Source of the DNA: Fistulifera solaris
Lineage: Eukaryota
Length of the DNA stretch: 64,000 bases
NCBI GenBank assembly: GCA_030295235.1
Contig: AP026164.1
Location: 2,170,001 to 2,234,000 of the forward strand
Direction: 5' to 3'
Shown here in pieces: positions 9,486 through 22,217 of the stretch. The stretch's first letter is position 1. Every line of letters begins with the position of its first letter. A program made the translations under genes and the position numbers. A model generated the notes under the pieces. It saw only the letters and a program-made list of their open reading frames with translations, made no database searches and was not told the DNA's origin.

Positions 9486-11213
9486 ATGAAATCGCTATCT
9501 CGATGGATTCTCGCATTATTGTGCGCATCTGCCGCCGCACTCTTGAAGGAAGATGCCAGAATGGTACGACGATCGGATCTTTCTGTGTCTCATCATTGTA
9601 GTATGCGACGATCGCTCACTCAACGCACCTGGACCAGATGGCGTATGTCGGAAACTGGCAAACCTGTCCCTCGGAGGCTCAGCTGGAACAATACACACAC
9701 ATTGCGATCGGATTTGCGGTCACGTATACGTACGCGGAACCGAAGAATCTGTGCAGTGAAACGTGTGTCATCGAAGCACCGTTGATTTGCGAAAATCAGG
9801 CGGATCCTACCATTATCAGTGACTGGAAGTCTCGCGGCATTAAAGTATTACTGAGTTTTGGAGGTGCGGGTATGGGTGGAAGTTGGGAAGGAGATGTCAA
9901 CGATTGCTGGAAATACTGCTTTGGCCGTGAAGATTACGTGATTGGTCGTTTGGTCGAATTAGTAAACACGATGAACCTCGACGGCATCGACTTGGATTAT
10001 GAATACTTCCTAGAAGATGAACCCGAACGAGGATTTACGGAAGGGGCTGCGGCAATCAACTTTCTTGAGACTGTGACCGTTGGATTACGACAACAAATGC
10101 CCGATAAGCTTCTTACCCATGCACCGATGGATGTCGACGCGGTGGCAGGAACGGCCTATTATGAAATGTTGAGGCGAGTCGCCTACACAATGGATTTTAT
10201 CATGCCACAATACTATAACGGTGTCACTCGACCCAATATGGACGGTTTCATGAATCAAGTACAGGGTGAGATGTCACCCTTGGATCATTACAACGGCCTT
10301 TTGCCACTCTTTGAATACGATCCCACTCGAATTGTATTTGGATTTTGCATCAATGATTGCGGAGGTGAGTATAATATATATTTATGAGAAGCAATGCTTT
10401 GCGAGTTGAAGTATTCGAAAAGTTCTCATCATTGCTTCGACAGGTACCGGCTCGAACTCGGACGCAACCCAGGCCTCAACTGTCATCACTGAACTGGAAA
10501 GTCAATTTCCCTGTCACGGCGGAGCTTTCTTCTGGGTAAATTTAGACGATACCAATGGAGATTGGTCGAGAGGTGTCAATCAAGCTCTTTCTTTCAATCG
10601 TGGATGTACCAACATTGGTGGCGTAATTCCTACTCCCCCTCCTCTTGCCGTCCCCGTCTCCGTTCCGGTCGCTCTTCCGGCTCCCACGTCTCCAATCGGG
10701 GTTTCCCCCGTTTCAGTGCCTGTCGCTTTTCCGACCCCTTCGTCTCCGATAGGCATTTCGCCTGTTACAGTTCCGATTTCTATCCCTACACCATCCCTCC
10801 CATCCGCTCCTTTCACTTTTCCGAGCCCTTCGTCCCCGACAGGTCTTTCCCCTGTGACAGCTCCCATTTCTATCCCTACGCCAGTCCTTCCCTCTGTTCC
10901 TGTAGCGAGTCCTGTATCAAGCCCTCTATCACCCGTGGCCAGTTTCCCTGTTGGGACTCCAACTCCTACATTCCCAGTGATAAATTCCGCTCCACCCGCA
11001 TTGACTCCGGCTACAACGACTGTGGAACCCACTGAGCTTTCAACACCCACGGCGAGCCCCGTTGGCATGATCAGCATCGGCAACGGCTCGGTGACCGATC
11101 CCAATGAACCCAATTTTTACGACCCCAACAACTCTCTATCATTAGCGTTTCCGTCCTATCAAGCAAACCTGCTTCTAATTCCGACTCTGGTTACATGGGC
11201 TTTGATGATGTAA
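9486..11213 (+). CDS. GH18 chitinase-like secreted protein with P/S/T-rich stalk and hydrophobic C-terminus (putative GPI anchor); introns ~9563-9637 and 10365-10443
   Basis: Signal peptide MKSLSRWILALLCASAAA, LLSFGG, intact DGIDLDYE (DxxDxDxE), MPQYYN and GAFFW. Splicing restores the frame into the 10716..11213 ORF. Confidence 0.9.
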
Positions 11214-11337
11214 TGTATGCTTCAATTAGATAATGTTTTCATTCTTGAGTGAATTCAACACATGTTATTGCTATCCGTTACTGTCTGGCTCTAAACGCAT
11301 ACCACATGTTGTTTCTTCACTTCGCAATCGTAAATGC

Positions 11338-12202
11338 TTATTCCACTTCCATGGCCGTCTCTCCTCCCGCCGCAACGACCGGATGAGGCTTGAATTCACT
11401 CTTAATGATCGGTGTCAAACCCGGTCGCATGTTCAATCGTCCCGAACGTTGCACCTGCGCGCGCAGCGGAGCCAATTCATTGGGTTTGACCGCATTGCGA
11501 CGATAATCGACCGTTCCGTCTGTTTTAATGATGCAAATATCGCAATTCGAGCCCGAACCCAAGTCATTGAAAATACCGGCACCGATCGCGCGCTGCACTA
11601 ATTGCACGGCCATTTCTTCCGTCATGTTCTCTTGCCAGCTGCTTTCCAACACCGCCATGGCCGCCAATGAACCACTTCCCATACTCGTGTAAGGGAGTTT
11701 CGCGGTACTGCCGTGGGGATAGATTTGATAAATGTGCGGTCCTTGCAGATCGCATCCCCCCAAGACGAGTGCTGCACTCACGTAACCCTGATAACGGAAC
11801 AGCATGCGCTTGAGTTAACGTCACGGCCGTCACGAGACGCGACGGACGTGCTGTATCCATGCGCAATAATTCAAGTTGACGCGAAATGAGTGCAGTAGTG
11901 TTTTCCGTGTCCGCGGCCGTTCCGGCACCGCAACAGTACATGTTGGGAGCAATGTAATGAATCTTTTCGCAATTGCGTTCCGCGACTTCCGTATCGTTGG
12001 TGGCTCGCGTATCGGCGCCCAAGACGACTCCTCCGGCGTAGACGGTTCCGACAATTGTAGTTCCGGTCTTTTTGGCTTTCAATTTGGGGGCAGCGCCTTC
12101 AGTTTGCAACAAATTTTGATTGCGAAGGTAGTTGGAGAAATCGAAACCAGCGGCTGGTTCGTGTAAATTGTTAGCGGCGTTCATCTGCGAATCTGCTGTC
12201 AT
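11338..12202 (-). CDS. PSMB7: 20S proteasome subunit beta-2 (PSMB7/Pup1 type); frameshift ~11810
   Basis: KKTG-TTIVG propeptide junction with catalytic Thr; [30 protein letters not shown] and NDLGSGSN. Confidence 0.95.
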
Positions 12203-12661
12203 TAAAACTAACTTGATTGATTAAATATGTTAATTATTTGAAAGACACAAGCATATGGTTGTGACGCAACAAGTCATGCAGCAACAAACAAAAAATGCAA
12301 GGAGACCATGGTGCAAGTGGCGGCGTTTGACGAAGCGAGAGGATGAGCAAAGATTTTTCGGCGTCTGTACGTTGTAAGTGTTAACGTCGCAGCGAATCAC
12401 GAAAAGTAATGACCGAAAGCAGAAGGAACGGAAGCTAGGAACGGGCATAGGAAACCCATCTAGAGACGTTTAATCTTTTATGATAATCACCAGGGGAAGA
12501 CCGCTCTCTTGACCGCTAGATTTCCAAAGTTGTTTTGAGAGAGAAAAGAGGCAGAGGATAAAAAACTATAACATTAGCTCTACCAGGTATACTAGTAAAG
12601 TTTTTTAGCTCTGAACTGTTCACTTAAAAACCGATTTTCGATAAATAGAGAAATATCATTT

Positions 12662-13693
12662 TTACCACCGCGGACGACCGAATCGAAATCCTCCAAAATG
12701 TCCTCCTCCGTAGTATCCTCGCCGTCGACCACCCATCATATTCATCATGAACATTGCGTGCAATGGATTGATGCCATTTCGATGACACAGATACGCCACC
12801 CCCAATACCATGGCTAGAGACGCTAAAGAAGATGCATCGGAAGACGATGTTGTACTGCCGTAATGACTGCTGTGATGATGGTGCGTTCCGCGGGGACTCG
12901 ATTGGCGATACGGATAATCGTTGTAGTACGACGACGATGGAGCACTGTGATAGTTCTGTCGATACTGATCGTACAAATTACCTCGTTCGTAATTCCCGTG
13001 ACGACGATGGTGTGATTCCCATCCGAATCGTCCGCCAAACGCGATGTAGAGCACGAACAAACCGATCCCCACTTTCAGTATCTGCTTCGATTCAGACGAT
13101 AGTTGTTCGTACCACAAAGACACCCGGGCTACGAAAAATTGTAGACGATCTTGCATCGAAATCGAATCGTCCACGGGGTCCTCCCACACGCTTCTTTCGG
13201 GATTTTGTGGTTCTGTGGGTGGCGGTGATTGTTGTGATTGTGGTGGAGGCACATAGTCAGGATTGATAGGAGGATCGGGTCGATGATCGCGTCGCAATTC
13301 CCTTAATAACATTTGCCGTGCCATGGCATTCCCCGGATCCAATCGCAATGCCGTCTGCAAAGCATTGCACGCATCGTTGCTGTGTCCTCCCAACGCCACG
13401 AGAGCGGACGCGAGTCGCACATGACCTTTCGCCCAGGCTGGATTCAATGAGACACATTGCTTCGCTTCATGGACTGCTAATTCCGCCGAATCTCCCAACT
13501 TCAATCGACAAGCAACAATATTCGATAGAATGATCTGTTGTTCTTGGCGAGGCGCTTCTAAAACTGGATCGAGAGCCGCTTGATATTCTCGCAGTGCTTC
13601 CGCGTATTGTTGTCGTTCGTACAATTCTTTGCCTCTGTTTTTGTGGCTAAGCCACGAGTCTCTTCGCTGCGATGATTCAAAGGGGTATCTCAT
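12662..13693 (-). CDS. TPR-repeat protein with hydrophobic segments and Gly/Arg/Tyr-rich C-terminus
   Basis: TPR-like helices (KNRGKELY..QQYAEALREY; LSNIVACRLKL; LNPAWAKGHVRLA) and a hydrophobic stretch GIGLFVLYIAF. Confidence 0.8.
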   Translation of the reverse strand: MRYPFESSQRRDSWLSHKNRGKELYERQQYAEALREYQAALDPVLEAPRQEQQIILSNIVACRLKLGDSAELAVHEAKQCVSLNPAWAKGHVRLASALVALGGHSNDACNALQTALRLDPGNAMARQMLLRELRRDHRPDPPINPDYVPPPQSQQSPPPTEPQNPERSVWEDPVDDSISMQDRLQFFVARVSLWYEQLSSESKQILKVGIGLFVLYIAFGGRFGWESHHRRHGNYERGNLYDQYRQNYHSAPSSSYYNDYPYRQSSPRGTHHHHSSHYGSTTSSSDASSLASLAMVLGVAYLCHRNGINPLHAMFMMNMMGGRRRGYYGGGHFGGFRFGRPRW

Positions 13694-14071
13694 TATTGTG
13701 TATTGTATTGAGTTTGTGTATTGGTACGTAGTAAGGATAAGATGCAACTCTCGTGTTGTGTTTCTTTTGTTCTGCGCAATGAGAGAAAAGAAGAGGCGCG
13801 TCGCGAGTCAAAGCGGCCCGCGTTTCACGATCAAGTCATCAATCGCATCGGTACTAAACTCGTTGAGTTTCATTACCAGGTACCGTTTCCACGTGGAGAA
13901 AAATATCAGATGCGAGGAAGAGGAAGAAGGACGAACGACGAACGCGACATCTGCAACAATGAGGGCGGAGTACTACGGCGCAATAACTCATTCAACAACT
14001 TGACATTCCTTCTTCTTATGTTATTATTAATTCTACCTTTTCTTCTAAAATTGAAAACATAAAAGTCAAAT

Positions 14072-15131
14072 ATGAGAAAGTGTTTGCTGCCGTCTCTGCT
14101 GCTGCACTTACTGCTCGGTGAAAGCAGCGGATATTCACTGTGGGATGCTCAAAAAGCGGCTCGCAGTCTCGTTTCACCCAATCAATCGCTCTTTCGTCCT
14201 CCCATGACAATGTTACAACGTGATACCATTCAAATGCCGAGTACAACTCCAATGGTTCCTTTCAAGGTAATTTTTTGATTGAGCTGGTGTTGCTGTGACG
14301 ATTATTATCTCTCTCTCGGTGTTTCTCAATCGAGTGATTTTCTCATTCATTTCATCTTTTGCAACTCTTTTTTACCAGCCCCCCGGTTCCGATTATGCCC
14401 AATTCATTGACATTGAGTCCGCCATGTACCGCGACCGAACCATGTTTATTTCTAAATACATTGACGACCAAGCTGCGAACAGTATTATCAGCATAATGCT
14501 CTACTTGCGCAACGAAAGTCCCCGTTCTCCCATTAGCATGTACTTCAATGTCCCCGGAGCCAATCTCCGACCCGCCTTGGCTATATACGATCTGATGCAA
14601 AATACGAAGAAGAATTGTGAAATTCAAACGGTCAATTTGGCCTTGACGGCGGGAATGGGATCGATTTTGTGTGCGGCGGGCACGAAAGGGCAACGCAGTG
14701 CCTTGCCGAATGCGCGCTTCCTGTTGCACCGGACCGGGATGGATCAAGTGTTTCGGGGACAAGCGACCGATATTGCGCTTGAAGTCAAGAATTTAAAGCA
14801 GGCGAATGATCGAATGGAACAGGAATTGGCCCTACTGACGGGTCAACCGCTTGATCGGATTCAACAGGATTTGAAACGTGATTTTTATTTGTTTGCTGAT
14901 GAGGCTGCGCAGTATGGATTGATTGATCAAGTACTATTGCCATCACCGAGAAAACGTGCAGCGCGAGGACAAGAAGCTAATTTGGGTGCCTTTGAGGGTG
15001 AAGAAGAGCAGCGTTACCAGAGCGGTGATCAGCAACAAATGGATGGTGGATGGGGCAGCCGACAACAGCCACCTGGTACCAACAACAATAACAGAGATGA
15101 CGACGATGAACCTAAAATCGCCAAAGGATAA
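14072..15131 (+). CDS. Plastid-type Clp protease subunit, probably non-catalytic ClpR; intron 14267-14378
   Basis: ClpP fold motifs (MYRDRTMFI, ISMYFNVPG, GQRSALPNARFLLH, GQATDI, DLKRDFY, YGLIDQV) and a signal peptide. The catalytic Ser position reads TAGMGS instead of AASMGS. Confidence 0.85.
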
Positions 15132-15451
15132 ATAGATCGATAAAATGAACTGCTTTTACGCCATTTGTAAAAAAAGTGCGAAGACGAAAAAGGGAGTAAT
15201 TACATCGACATTACTTCACAGTATAGCACAACCGAAAAATAACGAGTTTCTCCTTTAGAAAAAAATAAGTTTTCATGATCACTAACGGACACAAAAAGGA
15301 ATTCGTCATGGCAGTTTTCAATGCTAGGCGTCTCACATGAAACACCGCCCACCACCACGTTTTTCCTAATTTCCTAATTCATACACATATTACCGTGAAG
15401 ACTAAGTATGATTTTTTCTAGAAAACGTTACAATCTATGTGGGAAATAAAT

Positions 15452-16174
15452 CTAACCAAGGAAATGTTCAACAATTCCCTTTCCGTCAGCCAACTCTTGT
15501 GCCAAGAAACCGGCGGCGGCGAGCATGGCCAAACGTCCGTTCTGCAATTCCTTGTTCTGCATGGCCAAAAGGGCGTCCGGTTCCGCGGGCTTTAAGCCGA
15601 GAGGGTCGAATCCCAAGTCACCGGGGATGTAGTCGGTGCGCAAGAGTCCCGGCTTGTCGACGGGGACATCACGGGGAGGGACCCAGCCGTATTGGGCACG
15701 GTCGAGCTCGAGCTTGGCAATGGAGATGGCCAAAAGAGTCCAGAAAGGAGCGGGAACCTGAGCCAAGTGGGTAATGGCGGGTCCTGAGATTTGAGAGTCA
15801 AAAGGAACGAGGATCCCTCAACCTTCTCACCGACGAGGAAACCGACGGTGGCCAACATGGCAACACGTCCATGGGTGAGTTCGGCCTCACGGTATCGCTT
15901 CAAAGTGTTGGCATCCGCCTTGGCAGCAAGTCCGAGGGGATCGAAGATTCCTACCGGAGGGAGAGCACCAGGGATCTCGTCAACAGAGAACGACTGTTAA
16001 CGTTGAGCAAGAGGTGAGAATCTCGTTGTGGTTGACCGTTGACTGAAAGGATCCTCAGTGAAAACTTACCGGAGCAGCAACGGCGGCAGGAGCGGCAGCC
16101 TTCTTGGGGCTAAAGGCATTGAAGGCCGAAACCGAAGAGGCGAGAAGGGCGATGGCAGAGAGGGTGAGCTTCAT
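15452..16174 (-). CDS. Lhcx: Lhcx (LI818/LHCSR-like) fucoxanthin-chlorophyll protein; intron 15994-16069, frameshift ~15800
   Basis: Bipartite presequence [21 protein letters not shown] motifs [45 protein letters not shown] and [20 protein letters not shown]. Confidence 0.93.
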
Positions 16175-16427
16175 GTTTTTGGTATGAATGGAGAGTTCAA
16201 GGTTGGTGGTTGGCAAAATTTATGAATCTTTTTAATTGAGAAGAAAAAAAGTGATGGGCCGGAGTTGGCTTGCGGCTATTGTGAGTCGGAATTCTTTCGT
16301 CAGAATAATGTCTGAGCTTGGATTCACAGTGAACTCGGAAGTAGATGACTGGATCACGGTTTCTAATCAGACGTACGCACTTCGACTTAGTCATTGCAGG
16401 TGGCTGTCTCATTGGGTGCATGATCCA

Positions 16428-16494
16428 TGACGTGTGACGTGGATGGATGATGTAGATCAATGCAGACGTGTTGGGACTGAGTCACGTGTCACGT
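16428..16494. promoter_or_regulatory. Cluster of bZIP-type ACGT elements upstream of Lhcx (2x TGACGT, TGAGTCA, CACGTG)
   Basis: TGACGT at 16428-16433 and 16435-16440, GACGTG at ~16465, TGAGTCA at 16478-16484 overlapping CACGTG at 16483-16488, and TCACGT at 16489-16494. Confidence 0.65.
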
Positions 16495-16877
16495 ATCACC
16501 AACCCTGTCACGCTCGTGATTTACTGCTGGTGAATGCGTTTAACGCCTATTTACCTGAAAATAGAGAACCTTCAATTTGAACGATATACAATAGGCACTG
16601 AAATAAGTACAGTACAAGAGCCAATGCATCGACCTAAAACATCTTTAATGTATTTACCGTTGTAAAAAATCTTACTTTGTACGTAGTATGAAGCATAGCG
16701 ACCTGCGCGCGGCTTGCTCGGCACAAGTGAGCCTCTAAAACCCTACAAAATCAACCCACAAAATAACAATGACCGACGATCGACGATGTTAAAAGGCCAA
16801 AACCCAAGACGTAAATGATCATCATTATCTTTCTTATATCGTGTTCTGTGCTAAGCCGGTAAATATTCGTACTGGCA

Positions 16878-18258
16878 GTGATACTCAAACAACAAACAAT
16901 GGTGAAGGTCCTACCGCTCCCTTCATGGCAACGCGCAGCTTTCTTCGAAACAAGGCAAAGAATCCGGCCTTCCAAGCAGGCAACAACGAGCAACTTGACG
17001 ATGAGGATATGTGGTATTTGTCTCGGGTTCGCTTTATTCGGTTTATGGAGAAGCAATGAACTGACAGTAGGTCAGCCATTCACCATTCCGGAAGAAGGCG
17101 AATGTTCGCGAAGGAGCAGGGCCGGAGGCAAGAAATGTCCGTGTCGGATCGCTATCACCAATTCAGTCACCTATCATTACGAGATTCTGGAGTCTATCGC
17201 ATCGCAACTACCTCTGCGCTTTTTCAATTTAGAGGATGCCGACTGTGATACGACCAACTTAGTATTTGATTTCTTTATTGTGCAATACCGGCCTCCTCCT
17301 CGGTTTTGGGAGTATTATAGGCTCGACATGGTCTATAGAATGTTGGTTCCGAACCAACTCGCGGTATCTTTTGTTTCGTATTTTGAGTCTGAAATGAAAG
17401 GCACGACGTTTGTAGATGAAGCAACATCACCCAATGTGACGCGGACGATCGGCACTTTGACAGTGCAAAGAAAGAATCACGACCTAAAGCCCATCGAAGT
17501 GAAGGGATATGACGCTATGATTGAAGCTTCGTGCCCTTGTTCATCCTACAATCTATTATCCTTGCAACACGACCGAATACGATCCTGTATTTTTCACGAA
17601 ACATGTCCATCGGTCGAGAATCATCCGCGGGCCGTTTGGGTGAGTCCGTATCACGCCAATTTTTTCATTCCGACCCAATTACCGAAAGTGGCAGCCGCCA
17701 AAGCACGTACCGCTGGAGCGCCCTTGGGTCTTTGTGTCATTGGCACCGTTTATCGAAGAAGCTGGAGATTACTCGCCGCATATCTGGATCAGTTTACCAG
17801 AAACACCCACAAATCGTCACCTTTATCATTGAGCGTCGAAATTATGGGCGTTGGACGATTTCCCGACGAACTTTTGCCGTATAAGAACATGATTCGGCTT
17901 TCTGCTCCTCCCTGGCTACTTGGGATTTCATCAGCAGGTAGAAAACGACTGTGACGCTATCTTGTTGCTATTAACCAAGCAAGACCAGCCTCAATATTTT
18001 GAGGGTCCAGAAAGTCTTCTTCGATTGACCGGGGCAATTCCCCTGGTCATGGCGTATCAAAAACCAATTCTTTTACACGAAGAGCTATACAGGCATTACA
18101 AAAAGTTCTTTCCTTCCGATTTGTTGGCTATCACTCACAAGGATGATACAAGTAGCTTCGTAAAAGCCGCGTCGGACTTGATTGAAAAGTTGTCGAGCAG
18201 CAATATGGTGCAGCGCAATCAAGGATTACAAAGGGCGGACATTGAACAAAGAAGGTAA
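16878..18258 (+). CDS. Hypothetical type II membrane protein, possibly glycosyltransferase-like; frameshift ~17920; start uncertain (16900 or 17001)
   Basis: 358-aa and 112-aa ORFs overlap on the same strand. N-terminal hydrophobic segment ICGICLGFALFGLW and a C-terminal RLTGAIPLVMAYQKP reminiscent of GT-B domains. No firm family call. Confidence 0.6.
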
Positions 18259-18419
18259 ATGCATCGCTTTAATTAATTGTTGAAGACTTTCCATATCAGT
18301 GCTTCCGCTGTACCGGCGGTGATTGTGAAATATCTATGCAGAAAATGCAGACTTGGCGGAAACGAAATAAACTCAACAAAGCAACCGGTAGTTTCTATGT
18401 ATAGGCCATCTGCCTTTTC

Positions 18420-19504
18420 TTAGTCCAGCTTTTTCTGCATCGCTGATTCTTCCACGGGCGAAAAATGAAGCACGTTTCGTTTGACAGTATCCGCGACAAC
18501 GACCGGCAACAACGAAAGAGCCCTCCATAGGGTGTTTGCATCCGAACCTACCCAGTAATACGGCTGGATCTTGTGGCTGGGCAACGTCAGAATACCTCTC
18601 AAGGTTTCGACAACCATGCTCGGTTCACCTATGATTGCCGAAGACTGCTTCTCACCGTCTTGAAAGATTCGCAGGACTTTGTTGCGAAAGGTTTCTCCTC
18701 CGTACAATTCCTGAACGTTGGCCGGAGCGGCGTCAAAATTTTTCACGTAATTTGTCTGCCAATCCACTTGAATTTGCGTTCGATTTTGCCCCGGTCGAAC
18801 TTTTGGTGACAACAATGTGAAAGGGTGCCAGCTCGGTGCGCAAGGCATCACTCCAGGCTTCCACCGCGAATTTACTAGCATTGTAGGAAGAATTGCCGGG
18901 ACTCGCGACGGCTCCACACACCGAGCTCATATTCAGAATCCGAGCTCCGTGTTTTGTTGTACGCAACATCATGGGTAACAGTGCTTGCGTGACACGGAGC
19001 ATACCAAAAAGTTGACATCCATAACGGTCCGGTAGGTTTTTAAACTGGGATCGAAGAGAAAATCACCAGGATCCGCCATGCCGGCATTGTTGACAATGGC
19101 AAACAAGAAAGTATTGGGTTCCCTGGATAACAGTTCTTCAACGGCCCATGCCATTTGCGTGACTTCGGTTTCATTTGTGACGTTGCATTGCAATACTAGG
19201 TGTTGTTTCGCCAACAGGGCACGCAATTCCGTCACGGTTTTGGAAGTGAGGGCCAGTGCTACGACGACGAAATCAGTGGATGTGGCCAGTTGTTCCGCCA
19301 GCAACCGTCGATGCCTCGATCGCAACCCGTAATGACCACTACACGCCGTACAGTATCGTTGGGTGGTTGTTTTGTGCGACACCAAGCTTGAATTTGTTTC
19401 CATACATGATAGTGACACGACAAGCAGCAAATGATGGCCACAGCGACGAATTCGAAGATTCCCTTCAACAGATTCGGTCGAACAGCTCTGCTAACCGTCG
19501 TCAT
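18420..19504 (-). CDS. Short-chain dehydrogenase/reductase (RDH/17beta-HSD/BDH-like) with N-terminal membrane segment; three frameshifts
   Basis: VVVITGCDRGI(G), VNNAG, MDVN, NMSS and SYNASKF (YxxxK) are spread over consecutive overlapping ORFs. Confidence 0.88.
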
Positions 19505-19773
19505 GTTTGTGTTTAAAATTAACAATGATTCATTTGAATGCTTTTGAAGAACAATGGATTATGAGATAAAGAATAGACGATTTTCGAAAATATGTTTGGG
19601 CTTAGAGTCGTCGTCTCTTTTGCGTTCTTCGATGACTGCGACTCCAATGTAGGCGAACTTTGCGATGACGTCATAAATCGGAGTGAGTACCAACAAATCC
19701 ACATGACTGCATTTCCTGTCACGAGTTTCTTGTTGCGCGAAGATACCCTCGCATGGGTCGCGGACGGACGACG

Positions 19774-19798
19774 ACTCGCACTCGCACTCGCACTCGCA
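19774..19798. repeat. (ACTCGC)4 microsatellite in a divergent intergenic region
   Basis: actcgc actcgc actcgc actcgc read directly from the sequence. Confidence 0.85.
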
Positions 19799-20020
19799 CA
19801 AACGCATCACAATCGACAACCAAAAAAAAAACCATGGGGCGGCGGGCGAGATCGACAACATTTTTTGTATTAGTTACTTCCTTCAAAAGGGACCAGTTTC
19901 TTATTCTAGCACAAAGACCAGCACTCGTTCGTTTTCGGTTAAATCCTTTCTCAATGCTCGAACAAATGTGCTAGACTGGAGCGTTTGGCAGATACTAAGT
20001 TCTAACTTTTGGGTGACACA

Positions 20021-22167
20021 ATGAACACCGACGAACCATCCTCGTTTGCGGCCGCATTGGCCACCGCCTTGCAAGAGAATGAATTGAAAACACCGACACC
20101 TGCCGAACTGATACACGAAACTTATGTGAAATTGTGTCACGATGATCCGTATGACTTGAATGCGACCGGTTGTGAATTGTTGGCGCAGGAATTGTTGAAA
20201 TCCGAAACGTCCTACGCTCTTTCGTCGCGACTCGTACAAGGTCTCGATCAAGTATTACGACGACCCGCCGATACGGAGAATTCACAAACGAAACTAGAAC
20301 GAGGCGTTTCGTTTTTGGCTTGGACGGTACATGTTCGAATACCTTGGACTTGCTTGAATCTGATTTGTAGTCCATCTTCCAAGTCAGCCGATGAGAAGCT
20401 ACAAAGAGTCAAGCGATACATGGGATCGTATCGAGGGAATCACCAATTTTCGAATACTGCTGATGATGATAATTTACAACAAAAGATGACCCAGGATTTG
20501 CAAATTGCGGAGGATCACTCAAAGTCCACCAACGAGACCGAGCAGGATAATCTGCACGAAGTGACAGCAGGAGCCCAACAATATACAAGCAGCTTAGAGG
20601 AGGAAGAAGAAGTGTGGGCAGCCGAGTCCGATCCGGATGACTTTGACTTTCAATCGGGTTATAACTATCAAGACGAACTGCAAGGAATTCAGGAATGGGC
20701 CGCGCTGGCTGTAATCGATCCGCATTCACTCTCCCTCGCACCCGACGATACATCTTGGTCCGAGATCGCAGTAGGAATCGTTTCTTTGCTGACTCCGGTG
20801 CGGTATAGCTCTCATTTGGCATCTTTGTCGAACCAAGATTGGAAGGGATCATGGGAGTCCTGTTGGGTGCCCTTGATCCTGTCGCTGTTGGTTCTCCCGG
20901 ATCAGAATGTAGACTGTCCCCTGTGGATTATGAGTACCAACCATCGAAGTGGATTCCAGCGTCTAGGATTTCATCTGATGCAAATAATACGTGACGCTGT
21001 ATCGCACCGACCGGACGTACTCCTGACACCTTACATCGAACTATTGCAGAATTTGCTTCTAGTTCAAACAACACAAAGTGAACTTGCGACAAGAGTCTTG
21101 CCGGCTGCGTGGGTAGGATTGGGATCCTTATCGGCACTTTGTGATAGCACGTTGGCTATGGGAACTAACCAGGCATCGACGCTCCCTATTGTTCAAAAGG
21201 GCATCATTGAATCATGTGAACAACTAACCTCGTTACTGGAGCGTTCACAGGGTGACGCCGAAACTTATTGCTCGGTCCAGTGGTCCTACCTATCTCTGAT
21301 GCGAGCTCTAGCGGTCGATCCTGTTTCGACAATACCTGCTATGGGAAGCGCGCACGGTCAACTTTTGTTGCAATCGGGATTATTCCGCCAATGGTTGTTG
21401 CACTGGATGAGTGAAAAAGTAGGGACGAAGCGGAAGTGGTCCATTTACGCAGGCTGGTGCACCGGGCACTGTGGGATTTATGTGCGGCGAGTCCAAACTT
21501 GTTGGGAAAGTATGCGTGGAGGTTCCCAGATGTAGCAGTGACCGTTACGAAGGAAACCAAGGAGAACAGCGTGAACACACTATTGTGGAATTTGTTGGGC
21601 ATTCTTTTGAGCAAAAGTGATGCACCGAAATTGAAGCTTCGTAATTCCGTCTTAGCGGAACCGCCTAGTACAGCGGAATGTCAAAGCACCGCGTGGTTGG
21701 CGTTTCAATCTCTTTGTCGTAGCATCGAGTCTATTTTATTGCGTTGGCGAAAGAAAGTAGAGCGAGCAGCATCGGAAAGCGACTCTTTAAATGAAGCTTT
21801 GAAGAAAGACATTCACATGGTTAAAGAGTTCGAAACTTTTGTGGGAGTTATAGCAAAGTCGCAGCTAACGTGCCAACTCTTTTTGGAAGAAATGGTGCCG
21901 GTGGTAGACGGCAAACACTCTCTCGCAATACTCAAGTCCTGTTTGCACCCTCTTAAGGAAGCGCTGCAAGATTGGCCTGCACAAAATGCTGGTTCCGTTT
22001 GCGATAAGGGGTCGAACGATGATAATTCTGATGATGAAAAGGATGGAAGCATCCGCAAACGAAAACATGCACTTCCAATTCAAGAAGTACGAAATTGCAT
22101 AAAAACGCTTTCTACAATTTTTCTAAGTCATGGGGAAGGCGCCCGATCGTCTAGTAAATCTGATTAA
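20021..22167 (+). CDS. Hypothetical ~710-aa alpha-helical protein; frameshift ~21430
   Basis: Long overlapping ORFs 20009..21535 and 21436..22167; Leu-rich helical composition; no recognised motif. Confidence 0.7.
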
Positions 22168-22217
22168 TGAGTAATAAACTGAATCGAGCCCATCGTAGAT
22201 TCTCGTTGATGTAAAGG

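Noticed and set aside
10580..11113. 177-aa Gly/Thr-rich minus-strand ORF
   Set aside because: Antisense shadow of the chitinase Pro/Ser/Thr stalk.
15363..15378. TTCCTAAT repeats as telomeric sequence
   Set aside because: Only two units, not TTAGGG, and internal to a gene-dense region.
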